Shown: piece by piece, positions 61,306-64,000 of the stretch
Layout of the letters: every line of letters starts with the position of its first letter
How positions within the stretch are numbered: the stretch's first letter is position 1
Assembly (NCBI GenBank): GCA_000004695.1
Contig: CM000150.2
Location: 1,984,001-2,048,000, forward strand
DNA from: Dictyostelium discoideum
Taxonomy: Eukaryota
Reading direction: 5' to 3'
Length of the DNA: 64,000 nt
Position numbers and translations under genes: made by a program
Notes under the pieces: generated by a model
Told to the model about the DNA's origin: nothing
Seen by the model: the letters and a program-made list of their open reading frames with translations, nothing else
Database searches by the model: none

Positions 61306-62922
61306 TCAACAACGTATTCAAAACACAGAAAATCATAATCAACAAAGTTTTAAAAAGAAAGAAAGTAGTAATATTAAAGATAATCGTCATAAATTACCAA
61401 GATTTAAAGATGAAAGTCATAATCCATTCAATAGAATTGATAAAGTTTATAAAGAAAATGAAAAACAAAATATTGAAAGATCAAGTAAAGTTAGAGAAGC
61501 AATGAAATTTAGTTGGGATAAATATAAAGAAAATGCATGGGGTCATGATGAGTTACATCCAGTTTCAAATACATGGAATGATTGGTTTGGCATGGGTTTA
61601 ACAATTGTTGATTCATTAGATACCTTATATTTAATGGGTTTAAAAAATGAATATAATGAAGGTAGAGAATGGCTTGAAAAGGAATTAAAACAAAAGAAAC
61701 CAACTGTAATTGAAATATAATTTAATATAATATATATAATTTATTAATAATTTATTAATAATTTATTTTATTTATTTATTTTAAAAAAAAGGGTTTAATG
61801 ATATCAGTTTTTGAAACTATTATTAGATTTTTAGGTCAATATTGTACAATGTATGATTTAACAGGTGATGAAATTTATAGAGAGAAAGGAAGAGAATTGG
61901 GTGATTTACTATTACATGCATTTCCAGAGGGTAAACCATTTCCACATACTTCAATTAATTTGGCCGATCATAGATCTACAACACAATCTTGGATGGGAGA
62001 ATGTGTAGTTCTTTCAGAGGTTGGTACTATCTTTTTAGAGTTTAATCATTTGTCAAAGATAACTGGTGATCCAAAGTATAAGGAATACTCTGATGGTGTA
62101 GTTGACGCATTGGCCGCTATGAAACCAACCATTAAAGGTTTGCTACCAATTTATGTCTCTATGGATGCCCAAAGATTCTGCAATAGTCGTGTCTCGGTTG
62201 GTGCAATGGGTGACTCCTACTATGAGTATCTCTTGAAAATGTGGATCTATCACGACGGTCGTGAAGAGAGATACAGTACCCTATTCCAAGAATCTGCAGA
62301 TGCAATCATTGAACATCTTTACAAAGTGTCGCCAAAGGGTGATGGGTATATCACAATTATGGACTACGACGTGCCAACCAACACACAAGAGCATCTAACT
62401 TGCTTTGCCGGCGGTATGTATGCATTGGCTGCTGTCTCAAATATTACTGGTGGTGATGTTGAAAAGGATAAACTCTATATGAAAGTTGGTGAAGAGGTAA
62501 CTAAAACTTGTACAAAGCTTTACTTAACCTCGGCCACCGGTCTAGGCCCAGAGACCGCTTACTTCAACCAAAATGGTGAAATTGAATTCTCTGGCCATTC
62601 AGCTGCCCCCCACTACATCCTTCGTCCTGAAACTGTTGAAAGTTTATTTATTCTCTATCGTCTAACTGGTGATACCATCTATCAAGACTGGGCTTGGCAA
62701 ATCTTTGAATCTATAAACTCTGTCTGTAGAACTAACAATGGCTTTGCTGGTGTTAAAGATGTCTCCAATATTCATACACAATTCGATGATAATCAACAAA
62801 GTTTCTTTATGGCTGAAACCTTAAAATATCTTTACCTAATCTTCCAACCTTCTTCAGTGATTCCTCTTAATAAATATGTTTTTAATACTGAAGCCCATCC
62901 TGTAAAAATTCAATATCAATAA
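60869..62922 (+). CDS. Glycoside hydrolase family 47 mannosyl-oligosaccharide alpha-1,2-mannosidase, a type II membrane protein. CDS is join(60869..61705, 61792..62922), 655 aa.
   Basis: A signal-anchor MALKNKFIVAMFASIFIISSLTFLLF and an Asn/His-rich linker are present. GH47 motifs are present (REAMKFSWDKYKENAWGHDELHPVSNTW...TIVDSLDTLYLMGL). After a GTAATT..AG intron come ISVFETIIRFLG, AMGDSYYEYLLK, HLTCFAGGM, LRPETVESLF and FFMAETLKYLYLIF. The upstream TTG-initiated extension in the track is AT-rich junk. Confidence 0.7.
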
Positions 62923-63097
62923 TATTAATAATATTAAAAATATTAATAATAACAATAATAACAAAAATAAAATAAAATTAAAATAAAATATCTGGAACCC
63001 GTTTTCACATTTTTGTGTGAGTTGCCAAAAAAAAAAAAAAAAAAAATTAAATTAAAAAAAAATAAAAATAAATTAAAAAAAAAAAAATATAAAATAA

Positions 63098-63134
<37 letters not shown>

Positions 63135-63240
63135 TTTATTTAAATTTCTCTTTGTATATATATAAATTATCACGTACCACAAGTTTTTTTTCTCTTTTTT
63201 TTTTTTTTTTGTAAATAAAATATAAATAATAAAATAATAA

Positions 63241-63809
63241 ATGGATCCATATGGAAACTATTATAATTATCCACCACCAGGAACATGTACGTAAATTATT
63301 TATAATAAAATTAAAAATAATAAATTATAAAATTTACTAATACTTTTTTTTTTAAAAAAAAATGATAATTATTAATAATAATAATAATAAAGATGTTGTA
63401 CCACCACCACCAACAACATTCATAGCACCACCACCACCAACAGTTTATACAACTATGCAACCACCAGCATATGGAATTTACCCACCACAACCACAATATA
63501 TACAACCAATTCAACCAGTTTACGGATATGGTGGCGCTCCTCCACCAAATCCAAATGCTTATTCTTATCCTGTACAAGCCCCAATCCCTGGTGCAAATGG
63601 ATATAGTAATAGAAGTATAAGTGGTGTAAGTATTCCCTTTTTTTTTTTTTATTATCTATAAAAAAAAAATAAAAAAAAGAGCCTACTATTAATAATTAAC
63701 AAATACTAATATTTTTTTTATTTTTTTTTTATTTATTTCTTTCAATCATCTTTAGCATAAATTCCAAAGTGGTTTTAGAGTTAAACGTGAACATTATCAC
63801 CAATTTTAA
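63241..63809 (+). CDS. Small Pro/Tyr-rich protein, three exons (approximately 63241..63286, 63393..63625, 63756..63809).
   Basis: Exon 1 is MDPYGNYYNYPPPGT followed by a GTACGT donor. Exon 2 is YVVPPPPTTFIAPPPP...GANGYSNRSISG, ending at a GTAAGT donor at 63626. Exon 3 is HKFQSGFRVKREHYHQF then a stop. Exon 1 coordinates may be off by one base. Confidence 0.35.
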
Positions 63810-64000
63810 TATACTTTTATAAGAATAGTATAAATTTGAAACAAATATGTATAAAAAAAAAAAAAAAAAAAAAATTTTGTATTTAATAAAACATACACCA
63901 AAAACATTAATCTATTTATAATTAAAAAAAAAAAAAAAAAAAAAATCGTTTTTAATTTATTTCTATCGTTTTCTCCATACAAATAATGTATTTAAAATAT

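Noticed and set aside
61031-61505. Overlapping plus and minus ORFs of poly-Ile/Met
   Set aside because: They are alternative-frame or antisense readings of the (AAT/CAT)n Asn/His-rich linker of the GH47 mannosidase.

Overview
The window is AT-rich social-amoeba-type nuclear DNA, most likely Dictyostelium discoideum: about 75-80% A+T, long homopolymer A/T tracts, short AT-rich GT..AG introns, Asn/Gln-rich low-complexity coding, tRNA-associated non-LTR retroelements and an actin gene. Three parts can be told apart.

(1) 1-11 kb holds housekeeping genes: a Stealth-family phosphotransferase-like gene, ctu2, a TRAPPC13 homolog, lsm5, a PPR/TrmB-methyltransferase fusion gene, and selenoprotein K with an in-frame TGA (Sec) and a 3'UTR SECIS.

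(2) 11.5-39.4 kb is a transposon-rich accessory region.
- Two identical tRNA-Thr(AGU) genes are each followed by stacked TRE3-type non-LTR retroelements (one nearly full-length with APE+RT, mutated).
- tRNA-Arg(ACG) has a TRE5-like element abutting its 5' side.
- A 108-bp perfect palindrome sits at a retroelement end.
- A 4.6-kb inverted duplication carries a small basic-protein gene in each arm.
- A multicopy small-gene family ('family A') is present; one copy is cleanly split by a 4.6-kb TIR element (E1) with a 5-bp direct repeat.
- A second related TIR element (E2) and a nested MITE-like element with a tRNA-like core are present.
- A Ty3/gypsy integrase remnant and an AT-hook/SPKK-repeat ORF lie inside E1.
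- Next to these is a cluster of decayed replication-type genes (an AEP primase-like pseudogene, a P-loop kinase-like ORF, a YqaJ-like N-terminal motif fused to family A). This may be the remains of a virus- or Polinton-like element.

(3) 39.5-64 kb holds further genes: a Cys-rich secreted protein, three acid-lipase paralogs (one frameshifted), FPP synthase, an N-terminally truncated near-identical actin copy, a UAS/UBX protein, a convergent pair of paralogous 59-aa two-exon genes, a GH47 alpha-mannosidase and a Pro-rich small protein.

All coordinates were derived by hand from the sequence and ORF track. Splice junctions were checked for frame consistency but could be off by a base. No database search was possible.
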